NCBI GenBank assembly: GCA_011526165.1 | Contig: WYAY01000160.1 | Span: 11,354 to 75,353 of the forward strand | Direction of reading: 5' to 3' | DNA from: Sulfuritalea sp. | GTDB lineage: Bacteria > Pseudomonadota > Gammaproteobacteria > Burkholderiales > Rhodocyclaceae | Length of the DNA stretch: 64,000 bases | Shown here: piece after piece, positions 51,540 through 64,000 of the stretch | Layout: every line of letters starts with the position of its first letter | Position numbering within the stretch: the stretch's first letter is position 1 | Translations under genes and position numbers: made by a program | The notes under the pieces: model-generated | What the model was told of the DNA's origin: nothing | Database searches by the model: none | Seen by the model: the letters and a program-made list of their open reading frames with translations, nothing else

Positions 51540-53722
51540 CAGGCGCGCCCCCTCGCCTGCTCGCGCCGCCGCCAGCCCCACAGCGCCGGCGCGGCGCTGG
51601 CGGCGAGCAGCACGGCAACGATGCCGAGCGGCCACAGCACCGGGCGATTCCATTCGGCGCGCCGGCGTTCGCGCTGCGCCGCGTCGATCCTGCGGTACTT
51701 GAGGCCGTTGCGCGCCATGTTGTTGGGCTTCAGGTTCGACACCCAGCCGTGGATCAGGCCGTAGTCCTTCGGATGAAAGCCGAAGGACCACGGTGCGTCC
51801 TCGTGCAGGATCGCCATCATGCGGTCGATGAGCGCCTGCCGCGCCGGGCCGTTTTCCATGTGCTTCACCTGCTGGAACAAGCGGTCGTATTCCGGATTGG
51901 CGTAGTTGGCGGCATTCTCGCCCTGGGTCCTGGCGCGGCTCTGCGGACCGTGGAAGAGGAAGAGAAAATTCTCCGGATCGGGGTAGTCGGCGTTCCAGCC
52001 CCAGGCGAACATTTGCGCCGCGCCCTTGCGCACCTTTTCCTGGAAGCGGTTGTAGTCCGTGCCGCGGATCTCCAGTTGGATCGGCAACCTGGCGAACTGC
52101 TTGCGGTACCAGTCGAGCCGCGGCTTGTCGCCGGGGCCGCGATCGGTGGTGTCGAGATACAACACCAGCGGCTGGCCGCTCTTCGCGTCGCGTCCGTCGG
52201 GATAGCCGGCCTCGGCGAGCAGGCGCCTGGCGACGTTGAGGGACTTGCGCCGCGGCGCGCCGTTCGACCAGTCGTAGACCACCGGGTTGATGCCGGCCTC
52301 GCCCGCCCTGAAGCCGAAGATGCCGGGCGGAATGGGCCCCTGCGCCGAAATGCCGCGGCCGTTGGCGAAGATCGAGATGAATTCCTCCCAGTCGAGCGCG
52401 ATGGAGATGGCCTGGCGCAGCTTCTTCGCCCTCTCGCGCGACGCCGCATCGGGCTGGCTGCCGCCGACCAGCGGGTCGAGCCAGTTGAAGGCGAAGTAGC
52501 GCGTGGCGGTGCCGACCGACGTCTCCAGGCGGATGCCCTTCTCCGCCATTTCCGGCGACACGCCGGCTTCGCCCTCCACCGACAGGCGCACGGCCTGGTC
52601 GAAGCTGTCCGAGCTGATGCCGGAGGAATCGTAGTAGCCCTGCAGGAACTTGTTCCAGTAGGGGATGCCCTCGCGCTCGCGCGAGAACACCACCTTGTCT
52701 ATGAATGGCATGCGCTTGCCGGCGTCGTCGAACAGTCCCGCACCGGCATCGGCCGGCTCGCCTTCGGAGGGATACGGCTCGCCGCGGAAGTTGGGGTTGC
52801 GCTCCAGCACCATGCGCGCGTTGGGATTGTTCTCGGTCAGCATGTACGGACCGGTGCCGACCGGATACCAGTCCAGCGTCAGGTTCTTCTCCGCCATGCC
52901 GGGCTGGGCGAAGAAACGGTCGACCTCGACCGGCACGGGGGCGAAGAAATTCATTGCCAGCCAGTAGGCGAACTGCGGATACCGTCCGCGGATGCGGATA
53001 CGATAGGTGTACCGGTCGACTGCTTGCACGCCTTCGAGCGGGAACTGCGACAGATCCAGCCAGGCGTTGCGCCTGCCGCCAGCGGCCAGCGCCGCGTCCG
53101 CCTGCTTCAGGCGCTCGGCGAACTCCTTGAGGCCGACGATGTACTCGCTCATCAGGCCGAACACCGGCGAATGCAGGCGCGGATGGGCAAGTCGCTTGAT
53201 CTGGTAGACATAGTCCTCGGCCGTCAGCTCGCGCGTGCCGCTGTGCGGGAAATCGCGCAGCGAATGGACGCCCTGCAAATCCTGCCGGGCCAGATCGTGA
53301 TAGCGCAGCTTGCCATCCCCGTCGCGGGCGAAGGCAGGATGCGGCTGATAGAGGATGCCGGGGCGAATGCGGATCTCATAGACGGAAAAGGCCACCTTCG
53401 GCGATTCCGCCGCTACCGCCCGGCCAGCGGCATCCACGTAGCGCGGGCGCGGCACCGCCTCGGCGGTTAGCGGCACCAGCTCGTAGGGCCGCTTCAGGTA
53501 GTGGTACTGCAGCGGCGGCTCGTAGATCTGCGAATTGAACTCGGCTTCGTCCTCGCTGTAGGACTGCACCGGATCGAGGTGCTTCGGCCGCTCGGTGAAC
53601 GCGCTATAGAGGATGTTGCCCCCGCCGTCCTGCGAGGGGTAGGGATTGTTCCAGACCTCGCCGCAGCCCCCGAGTAGAATGGCAAGCGAAAGCAGCGGGA
53701 CATGACACGAAAGGGCGCGCAT
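51539..53722 (-). CDS. Peptide-type ABC transporter substrate-binding lipoprotein with C-terminal TM anchor
   Basis: Lipobox [24 protein letters not shown], hydrophobic C-terminal helix. Confidence 0.88.
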   Translation of the reverse strand: MRALSCHVPLLSLAILLGGCGEVWNNPYPSQDGGGNILYSAFTERPKHLDPVQSYSEDEAEFNSQIYEPPLQYHYLKRPYELVPLTAEAVPRPRYVDAAGRAVAAESPKVAFSVYEIRIRPGILYQPHPAFARDGDGKLRYHDLARQDLQGVHSLRDFPHSGTRELTAEDYVYQIKRLAHPRLHSPVFGLMSEYIVGLKEFAERLKQADAALAAGGRRNAWLDLSQFPLEGVQAVDRYTYRIRIRGRYPQFAYWLAMNFFAPVPVEVDRFFAQPGMAEKNLTLDWYPVGTGPYMLTENNPNARMVLERNPNFRGEPYPSEGEPADAGAGLFDDAGKRMPFIDKVVFSREREGIPYWNKFLQGYYDSSGISSDSFDQAVRLSVEGEAGVSPEMAEKGIRLETSVGTATRYFAFNWLDPLVGGSQPDAASRERAKKLRQAISIALDWEEFISIFANGRGISAQGPIPPGIFGFRAGEAGINPVVYDWSNGAPRRKSLNVARRLLAEAGYPDGRDAKSGQPLVLYLDTTDRGPGDKPRLDWYRKQFARLPIQLEIRGTDYNRFQEKVRKGAAQMFAWGWNADYPDPENFLFLFHGPQSRARTQGENAANYANPEYDRLFQQVKHMENGPARQALIDRMMAILHEDAPWSFGFHPKDYGLIHGWVSNLKPNNMARNGLKYRRIDAAQRERRRAEWNRPVLWPLGIVAVLLAASAAPALWGWRRREQARGRA

Positions 53723-53808
53723 CGTGCGCGGAGTGTAGCCGAAGGCCCGGTTGGCGTCATCACTGTGGCTCCGCTATAATCGCGCAGACTTTTTTTAGGG
53801 TATCGAAG

Positions 53809-54609
53809 ATGGGCTTCCTCGCAGGAAAACGCATCCTCATCACCGGCCTGCTCTCCAACCGCTCCATCGCCTACGGCATCGCCAAGGCCTGCCATCGCGA
53901 AGGAGCGCAGCTCGCCTTCACCTACCAGAACGAACGCTTCAGGGAGCGGCTCGCCAAGTTCGCTGAGGAATTCGGCAGCCAGCTGATCTTCCCCTGCGAC
54001 GTCGCCGAAGACGCGCAGATCGACGCGTTGTTCGCCGAACTGGGCCAGCGCTGGGACGGGCTCGACGGACTGGTGCACTCGATCGCTTTCGCCCCGGGCG
54101 AAGCCATCGAGGGAGACTTCCTCGATGGCATCTCGCGCGAGACCTTCCGCATCGCCCACGACGTCTCCTCCTACAGCTTTCCGGCCCTGGCCAAGGCGGC
54201 ACGGCCGCTGCTGCTGAAAGGCAGCCACCCTGCCCTGCTCTGCCTGACCTATCTCGGCGCCGAGCGCACCCTGCCCAACTACAACACCATGGGCCTGGCC
54301 AAGGCCAGCCTCGAAGCGGCAACGCGCTACCTCGCCTTCAGCCTCGGCCCGCAGGGCATCCGCGCCAACGCCATCTCGGCCGGCCCGATCAAGACGCTGG
54401 CCGCCTCCGGCATCGGCAATTTCGGCAAACTGCTTGCCTACAACGCCCACCATGCGCCACTGCGGCGCAACGTCACCATCGAGGAAGTCGGCAACGCCGC
54501 CGCCTTCCTGCTCTCCGACCTGGCCAGCGGCATCACCGGCGAGATCATGTATGTGGACGGCGGCCTCAACACCACGGCGCTGGGCAATGCGGAGCCGCTG
54601 CCGCAATAA
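53809..54609 (+). CDS. fabI: Enoyl-ACP reductase
   Basis: [36 protein letters not shown]. Confidence 0.96.
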   Translation: MGFLAGKRILITGLLSNRSIAYGIAKACHREGAQLAFTYQNERFRERLAKFAEEFGSQLIFPCDVAEDAQIDALFAELGQRWDGLDGLVHSIAFAPGEAIEGDFLDGISRETFRIAHDVSSYSFPALAKAARPLLLKGSHPALLCLTYLGAERTLPNYNTMGLAKASLEAATRYLAFSLGPQGIRANAISAGPIKTLAASGIGNFGKLLAYNAHHAPLRRNVTIEEVGNAAAFLLSDLASGITGEIMYVDGGLNTTALGNAEPLPQ

Positions 54610-54622
54610 TCCGTCGCCCCAC

Positions 54623-54658
54623 AAGCAAAACGGGCTGCCGCGGCAGCCCGTTTTGCTT
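54623..54658. terminator. Bidirectional terminator between fabI and ppiD
   Basis: AAGCAAAACGGGCTGCC/GGCAGCCCGTTTTGCTT inverted repeat. Confidence 0.85.
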
Positions 54659-54672
54659 TCAGCACGGCGCGT

Positions 54673-56577
54673 TTATGGGTTCTCGCCCTTGGCCAGTGCC
54701 GCCTTGTCGACCTTCACGCCGTAGCGCTGGCGCAAGGTCGCCAGATAGCCATTGAAGTCCTCCGCGCCGGTCAGCTGCGCCAACTGGGCCCGCAGCACCT
54801 GCGGGCGCGGATCGTCCTCGCCCTTGGCGGTGCCGCTGCGCACCGCCGTGATGCGGTAGATGGCGAAACTGCCGTTCGGCAGCTGCAGGCCGGCATAGGC
54901 AGGCAGCTTGTCGGCTGCCGCCTTGAAGATGGCGCGCTGCGCTTCCGTGGGCAGCCCGCGCATCGGCTGGCGCACGACGGTCTGCTGCGGACTCCAGGAA
55001 AGGGCGACACTCTCCCCCTGCCTCAGCCTGGACAACATCGCCTCGCCCTCCTTCAGGGCCCGGCGTGACGCCTCCTCGGCGACCAACTGCTTCTCGATCT
55101 CGCCCTTGACCGCCTCGAAGGGGCGCAACTGGGCCGGCCGCACTTCGGCCACGCGCGCGGCGACCAGCGTGTTCGGCGCCACCTCGACGGCATCCGTGTT
55201 GCGCCGGTTCTTCATGGCGTCGTCCGAGAACAGGGCGGCAAACAGCTTCTCGTTGCCGGCAAGCGGGCCGGCCGCGGCGCGATTCGCCTGGTCGAAGAAG
55301 TCCGTTTTCTGCACCGTCAGCCTGTACTTTTCCGCCGCCGGCGCAAGGCTGTCCGCCTGCTCATAGACCATGTTGGAGAATGTCTCGGCGGCATCGGCAA
55401 ACAGCTTGGCGGCGGCCTGGCGCTTCATTTCGCGCTCGACATCCTGGCGCGATGCCGTCGCATTCTTCGGCGCCGGCGGCGCCGTGAGCAGGATATGGCT
55501 GGCGCGCCGCTCCTCGCCGACATCGCCCTTTCTGATCCCCGTCAGCCGGATGATGTGGTAGCCGAACTCCGATTCGACGATGCCGCTGGTCTGCCCCTCC
55601 TTCAGCTTGAAAACCGCTTCCTCAAAGGGCTTCACCATGGCGCCGCGACCGAAATAATCGAGGTCGCCGCCCCTGGCCGCGGAGCCCGGATCCTGGGAGT
55701 GCTGCCGGGCCAGTTCGGCGAACTTGTCCGGAGCGGCTTTCAGCTGCGCGAGAACCTGCTCGGCCTTTGCGCGCGCCTCGTTGCGCTGCCGCGCCTTGCC
55801 GGCGACCTCCTCTTCATAGCGCTTGTCGACGTCCTCGGCCTTGACCGCCTGTGCGTTTGCGATGGCATCGAGTGAAAGCACCGCGTACTCGGCGCGGATC
55901 TGCTGCGGAATCTCGAACTGCTTGCGGTTCTTCTCGTAGAAATCCTTGAGCGACTCGGCGGAAAGCTTTACCTGTCCGGCAAACTGGTCGGGGCGGATGG
56001 CCGCTTCGCTCACTTGCCGCTCCTCGAGCTGGATGGCAACCACCCGCTCGGCCGCAGCGCCGGAAACCACGGCGGTGTCTGAAACGGCCTGGACCAGCTG
56101 CTGCAGTGTCAGATCCTGCCGCAGCTTGGCCTCGAAGCCGGCCTGCGTCAGCCCCTGGGTGCGCAAGGCCTGCTCGTAGCGCTGCCTGGAAAACTGGCCG
56201 TTCTCCTGCAGTGCCGGGATCGAGCCGATCACCTCGACCAGTTGCGCATCGCTCGCCATCAGGCCCGCTTTCGTGGCGTGCAGCAGCAACAGGCGCTGGG
56301 TCAGCAGCGAGTCGAGCATGGCCTGGCGTGCTTCCGGCGTCTCCAGCATGGCAGGGTTGAATTCGCGCCCGAGTTGCCCGCGCAGCCGTTCCTGCTGGTC
56401 GCGCAGGGCCTGTGCGAATTCTTGCCGGGTGATCTTGCTGCCACCCACGCTGGCCAGTTCGCCCGTGGCGCCGCCACTGCCGAAATAGGATTCCACGCCC
56501 CATAGCGCAAAGGGCAGGGTGATCAGGACAAGGAAGCCCTGGACAATCCGTTTGTTGTTGCGTACCGCGTCAAACAT
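54673..56577 (-). CDS. ppiD: Periplasmic chaperone/PPIase PpiD
   Basis: N-terminal TM helix, SurA-N domain, parvulin motif SQDPGSAARGGDL..FGYHII. Confidence 0.92.
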   Translation of the reverse strand: MFDAVRNNKRIVQGFLVLITLPFALWGVESYFGSGGATGELASVGGSKITRQEFAQALRDQQERLRGQLGREFNPAMLETPEARQAMLDSLLTQRLLLLHATKAGLMASDAQLVEVIGSIPALQENGQFSRQRYEQALRTQGLTQAGFEAKLRQDLTLQQLVQAVSDTAVVSGAAAERVVAIQLEERQVSEAAIRPDQFAGQVKLSAESLKDFYEKNRKQFEIPQQIRAEYAVLSLDAIANAQAVKAEDVDKRYEEEVAGKARQRNEARAKAEQVLAQLKAAPDKFAELARQHSQDPGSAARGGDLDYFGRGAMVKPFEEAVFKLKEGQTSGIVESEFGYHIIRLTGIRKGDVGEERRASHILLTAPPAPKNATASRQDVEREMKRQAAAKLFADAAETFSNMVYEQADSLAPAAEKYRLTVQKTDFFDQANRAAAGPLAGNEKLFAALFSDDAMKNRRNTDAVEVAPNTLVAARVAEVRPAQLRPFEAVKGEIEKQLVAEEASRRALKEGEAMLSRLRQGESVALSWSPQQTVVRQPMRGLPTEAQRAIFKAAADKLPAYAGLQLPNGSFAIYRITAVRSGTAKGEDDPRPQVLRAQLAQLTGAEDFNGYLATLRQRYGVKVDKAALAKGENP

Positions 56578-56610
56578 GCTCGGCCACCGTATTCAATACC
56601 GGAAGGGATA

Positions 56611-56644
56611 GAAAAAAAGGCGAACTTGCGTTCGCCTTTTTTTC
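56611..56644 (-). terminator. Terminator after tRNA-Asp
   Basis: GAAAAAAAGGCGAAC-ttgc-GTTCGCCTTTTTTTC. Confidence 0.85.
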
Positions 56645-56648
56645 GGTT

Positions 56649-56725
56649 TGGCGGAGTGGACGGGACTCGAACCCGCGACCCCCGGCGTGACAGGCCGGTA
56701 TTCTAACCGACTGAACTACCACTCC
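56649..56725 (-). tRNA. tRNA-Asp(GTC)
   Basis: GGAGTGGTAGTTCAGTCGG..CTGTCAC..CCA. Confidence 0.96.
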
Positions 56726-56768
56726 TGAATCCTGCTGCTGCCGGCCAGGATCGTCACTCATCCTGGCC

Positions 56769-56844
56769 TGGTGGGTGCTGACGGGATCGAACCGCCGACA
56801 TTCGCCTTGTAAGGGCGACGCTCTACCGGCTGAGCTAAGCACCC
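56769..56844 (-). tRNA. tRNA-Val(TAC)
   Basis: GGGTGCTTAGCTCAG..CTTACAA..CCA. Confidence 0.95.
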
Positions 56845-56885
56845 GCATGCTTCGCCGTCCGCGCTTGGCGATCCAGCAAAGCTTG

Positions 56886-57158
56886 CTAGTTTACCGCATC
56901 TTTCAGCGCTTTGCCAGCACGAAACTTCGGCACGCGTGCCGACTTGATCTTGATCGTCGCGCCGGTGCGCGGATTGCGTCCGCTGCGCGCCGCGCGCTTG
57001 CCGACGTAGAAGGTGCCAAAGCCGACCAGCGTCACCATACCGCCCCTCTTCAGGGAGGTCCTGATCGCAGCGACGGCAGCATCCAGCGCCCGACCGGCGG
57101 CCGCTTTCGAGATATCGGCCGACTTGGCGATCTGATCGATGAGTTCCGACTTGTTCAC
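56886..57158 (-). CDS. hupB: DNA-binding protein HU
   Basis: NKSELI, VGFGTF, GRNPRTG; follows lon. Confidence 0.95.
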   Translation of the reverse strand: MNKSELIDQIAKSADISKAAAGRALDAAVAAIRTSLKRGGMVTLVGFGTFYVGKRAARSGRNPRTGATIKIKSARVPKFRAGKALKDAVN

Positions 57159-57210
57159 AAATACCCCTCCCTCTGAATTGATTTGATGAGCGCCGCGAAG
57201 GCGAGCGCGA

Positions 57211-57240
57211 TTTATAGCAAGCGGAAAAACCCCGTGTCAA
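57211..57240 (-). promoter_or_regulatory. Sigma70 promoter of hupB and the tRNA operon
   Basis: TTGACA-18bp-TATAAA with TG extension. Confidence 0.7.
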
Positions 57241-57287
57241 GCAGCGCATCGTCGCGCGCCGGGCAACGCCGGCGCGCGACGCGCGAG

Positions 57288-59699
<2,412 letters not shown>

Positions 59700-59737
59700 G
59701 GTCGTTATCCTTTGAAGAGACAGCCATAGTGCCTATG

Positions 59738-59763
59738 TTGGGGTCTACGGCAGGAAAATCAAG
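59738..59763 (-). promoter_or_regulatory. Sigma32-like promoter of lon
   Basis: CTTGAT-14bp-CCCCAA on the minus strand. Confidence 0.6.
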
Positions 59764-59809
59764 AAATCCAGCGGCGGCCGAGGCTGTGGGGCAAGGCCTT
59801 TTGAAACAA

Positions 59810-61075
<1,266 letters not shown>

Positions 61076-61091
61076 GTCCGTCTCCGTATCC

Positions 61092-61730
<639 letters not shown>

Positions 61731-61744
61731 GCTGGCTCCTGGCA

Positions 61745-63049
61745 TCATGCCGCATTTCCCATGATTTCGTCAAAAGAGACCGCCTTGTCGGTGGTCTTGG
61801 CGTTCGCCACCACCCAACTCACCACGTTCTCCTCGATCGCCAGGGCCTCGACCTGGGCCAGGCGCTGCGGCTGCGAGTAGTACCAGCGCACCACTTCCTC
61901 CGGCTGCTCGTAGGACTGCGCCTGCTCGTCGATGAGCGCGCGCAACTGCTCCGGCTTGGCCTGCAGGCCGTGACCTTTCACCACCTCGGCGATGATCAGG
62001 CCGAGCTTGACGCGGCGCTCCGCCTGCGCGGCAAACCAGCTCGCATCGACCGGCATGTTCTTGATATCCATGCCGCGGTTCGCCAGGTCCTGACGCGCCG
62101 CCTCGGCCATCGACTCGGCTTCCTGGTCGACCAGCGCCCGCGGCACGTCCACCGGGTTGGCGTCGAGCAGGGCCTGCATCGCCTGCTCCTTGACGCGCGC
62201 GCCGATGCGCTTCTTCACTTCGCTTTCCAGGTTGGCGCGGATCTCGGCGCGCATCTTGGCGACGTCGCCATCGGCGATGCCGAGCGACTTGGCGAACTCG
62301 GCATCCACCGCCGGCAGCTGGGGCGCCTCGACGCCCTTCACCGTCACTTCGAAGCTGACTGTCTTTCCGGCCAGTTCGGTGGCCTGATAGTCGGCCGGGA
62401 AGGTCAGGTCGAAGGTGCGGCTCTCGCCCGCCTTCAGTCCGGCGATGCCGTTCTCGAAGTCGGGCAGCATGCGGCCCTCGCCGAGCACGACGGGGTAGTC
62501 GCTGGCCTGGCCGCCCTGGAACACCTCGCCGTTCAGCCGGCCGGTGAAATCGATGACGACGCGGTCGCCCTTTTCCGCCGCGCGCTCCGCCTTGCTGTAG
62601 CTGGTGCGCTGCTTGCGCAGCACTTCCACGGTCTTGTCGACTTCCGCCTCGCCCACTTCGAGCTTCGGCCGCTCGACGGCCTTCTCGCCGACGCCGTTGA
62701 GCCTGATCTCCGGGTATACCTCGAACACTGCGGAGAACTGCAGCGCGGCAGCATCCTCGCCGCCCTTCGGTTCGATGCGCGGATAGCCGGCCACGCGCAG
62801 GTTCTGCTCGCGCACGGCGTCGCCGAAGGCCTTCTCCACCGCCTCGCCGATGGCCTCGCTGCGCGCCTGCGGGCCATAATGCTGCTGCACCATCTTGAAC
62901 GGCACCTTGCCGGGGCGGAAACCCGCCATCTTCACGGTGCGGGCCATTTTCTTCAGGCGCTGCTCGACGTCTTTTTCGATGTCCGCCATCGGCACCGTCA
63001 TGTCGATGCGGCGCTCCAGGGGATTTGCGGCTTGCTGGTCGTTCTGCAT
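61745..63049 (-). CDS. tig: Trigger factor
   Basis: GFRPGKVP ribosome-binding motif, FKBP domain. Confidence 0.96.
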   Translation of the reverse strand: MQNDQQAANPLERRIDMTVPMADIEKDVEQRLKKMARTVKMAGFRPGKVPFKMVQQHYGPQARSEAIGEAVEKAFGDAVREQNLRVAGYPRIEPKGGEDAAALQFSAVFEVYPEIRLNGVGEKAVERPKLEVGEAEVDKTVEVLRKQRTSYSKAERAAEKGDRVVIDFTGRLNGEVFQGGQASDYPVVLGEGRMLPDFENGIAGLKAGESRTFDLTFPADYQATELAGKTVSFEVTVKGVEAPQLPAVDAEFAKSLGIADGDVAKMRAEIRANLESEVKKRIGARVKEQAMQALLDANPVDVPRALVDQEAESMAEAARQDLANRGMDIKNMPVDASWFAAQAERRVKLGLIIAEVVKGHGLQAKPEQLRALIDEQAQSYEQPEEVVRWYYSQPQRLAQVEALAIEENVVSWVVANAKTTDKAVSFDEIMGNAA

Positions 63050-63100
63050 GAAAAAATCCTAGGTTGAATCAGTTGGTTGTGCGGTGGCATCGGGCCGGAC

Positions 63101-63185
63101 TGGTGCGAAGGGCGGGACTTGAACCCGCACGCCTCGCGGCGCTGGAACCTAAATCCAGTGCGTCTGCCAATTCCGCCACCTTCGC
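63101..63185 (-). tRNA. tRNA-Leu(TAG)
   Basis: GCGAAGGTGGCGGAATTGG..TTTAGGT..variable arm..CCA. Confidence 0.95.
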
Positions 63186-63266
63186 GCGGCTGCAATTCTA
63201 CCCTATTAACCCTATACTGGCGACCCGGGCAGCAGGCGCAAGTGCCCGACCGGCCGAGATTTTTCC

Positions 63267-64000
63267 ATGTCCGTGGACCATTACGAGAACTTCCCCGTCG
63301 CCTCAGTACTGTTGCCCGCCCGCCTGCGCGAGCCGGTGCGCGCCATCTATGCCTTTGCCCGCAGCGCCGACGACATCGCCGACGAAGGCACGCTCGGCGC
63401 CGCCGAGCGCCTGGCCGGGCTCGCGCACTACCGCAGCGAGCTGGACGCCATCGAGGCCGGCCGGCCGACGGAGGATCCGATCTTTCTCCGCCTGCGCCCG
63501 GTCATCGCCGAGCACAAGCTGCCGCTGCAACTCTTCCGCGACCTGCTCGACGCCTTCGCCCAGGACGTGACCCAGCAGCGCTATGCGAACTTCGCCGAGC
63601 TGATGGACTACTGCCGCCGCTCGGCCGATCCGGTCGGACGGCTGCTGTTGCGCCTGTTCGGCAGCGACGACGCGAAAAGTCAGTCCCTGTCGGACGGCAT
63701 CTGCAGCAGCCTGCAGCTCATCAACCACTGGCAGGACATCGCCATCGACTGGCGGAAGGGCCGCATCTACCTGCCGCAGGACGAGCTGGCGCGCTTCGGC
63801 ATCGCGGAATCGCAGATCGCCGAGGGGCGCTGGGATGCCGCCTGGGCGGCGCTGATGGATTTCCAGATCGACCGCGCCCGCCGCATGATGCTGGACGGCA
63901 GCCCGCTGGTGCACCAGCTGCCCGGGCGCATCGGCCTCGAGCTGCGGCTGATCGTCGCCAGCGGCTTGCGCATGCTCGACAAACTGCAGCGCGCGCGCGG
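63267..64000 (+). CDS. hpnC: Squalene synthase HpnC (3'-truncated; absent from the ORF track)
   Basis: ATG at 63267 gives MSVDHYENFPVAS, YAFARSADDIADEG, YCRRSADPVGRL, LQLINHWQD, GRIYLP. Confidence 0.92.
   Translation, partial: MSVDHYENFPVASVLLPARLREPVRAIYAFARSADDIADEGTLGAAERLAGLAHYRSELDAIEAGRPTEDPIFLRLRPVIAEHKLPLQLFRDLLDAFAQDVTQQRYANFAELMDYCRRSADPVGRLLLRLFGSDDAKSQSLSDGICSSLQLINHWQDIAIDWRKGRIYLPQDELARFGIAESQIAEGRWDAAWAALMDFQIDRARRMMLDGSPLVHQLPGRIGLELRLIVASGLRMLDKLQRAR
63675..63699 (+). repeat. Polar 25-bp motif, copy 7 (AAAAGTCAGTC-cctgtcgg-ACGGCA)
   Basis: Read directly; inside hpnC (KSQSLSDG). Confidence 0.9.

Noticed and set aside
62339-62363. Reverse-strand partial motif match GACAGTCAGCT-tcgaagtg-ACGGTG in tig
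   Set aside because: Only 12 of 17 bases match, the A-tract and GTC are broken, and the conserved trigger factor peptide KTVSFEVTV explains it
63690-63700. Similarity of the copy 7 reverse complement (ATGCCGTCCGA) to the Neisseria DUS
   Set aside because: It holds for one copy only, the TGAA is not conserved, and strand polarity is not a DUS property

Overview
This GC-rich window looks like core chromosome of a betaproteobacterium (Rhodocyclales/Nitrosomonadales-like, inferred from gene order and protein style). It holds about 62 CDS and 8 tRNAs. Housekeeping blocks include tig-clpP-clpX-lon-hupB-ppiD, thrS-infC-rpmI-rplT-pheST-ihfA, surE-pcm-nlpD-rpoS, dapA-bamC, rnhA-dnaQ, gloB-mltD and fabI. 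There is also a peptide-type ABC transporter, a MoxR/DUF58/transglutaminase set, PHB and acyl-CoA genes, and a cluster with FNR/DNR-type boxes (HPF, pncBA, a Lon-like protease, an endonuclease V operon). I saw no integrase, transposase, prophage or CRISPR array. The main unexplained signal is a 25-bp asymmetric, bipartite motif, (A)AAAGTCAGTC-nCnnnnnn-ACGGC(G), found 7 times (1939, 9678, 13348, 29906, 45667, 50062, 63675). Six copies lie inside unrelated genes, in three different reading frames, and all seven point the same way on the chromosome whatever the gene orientation. It looks like a polar chromosomal protein-binding site that matches none of the classical motifs I know. All motif searches were by eye.
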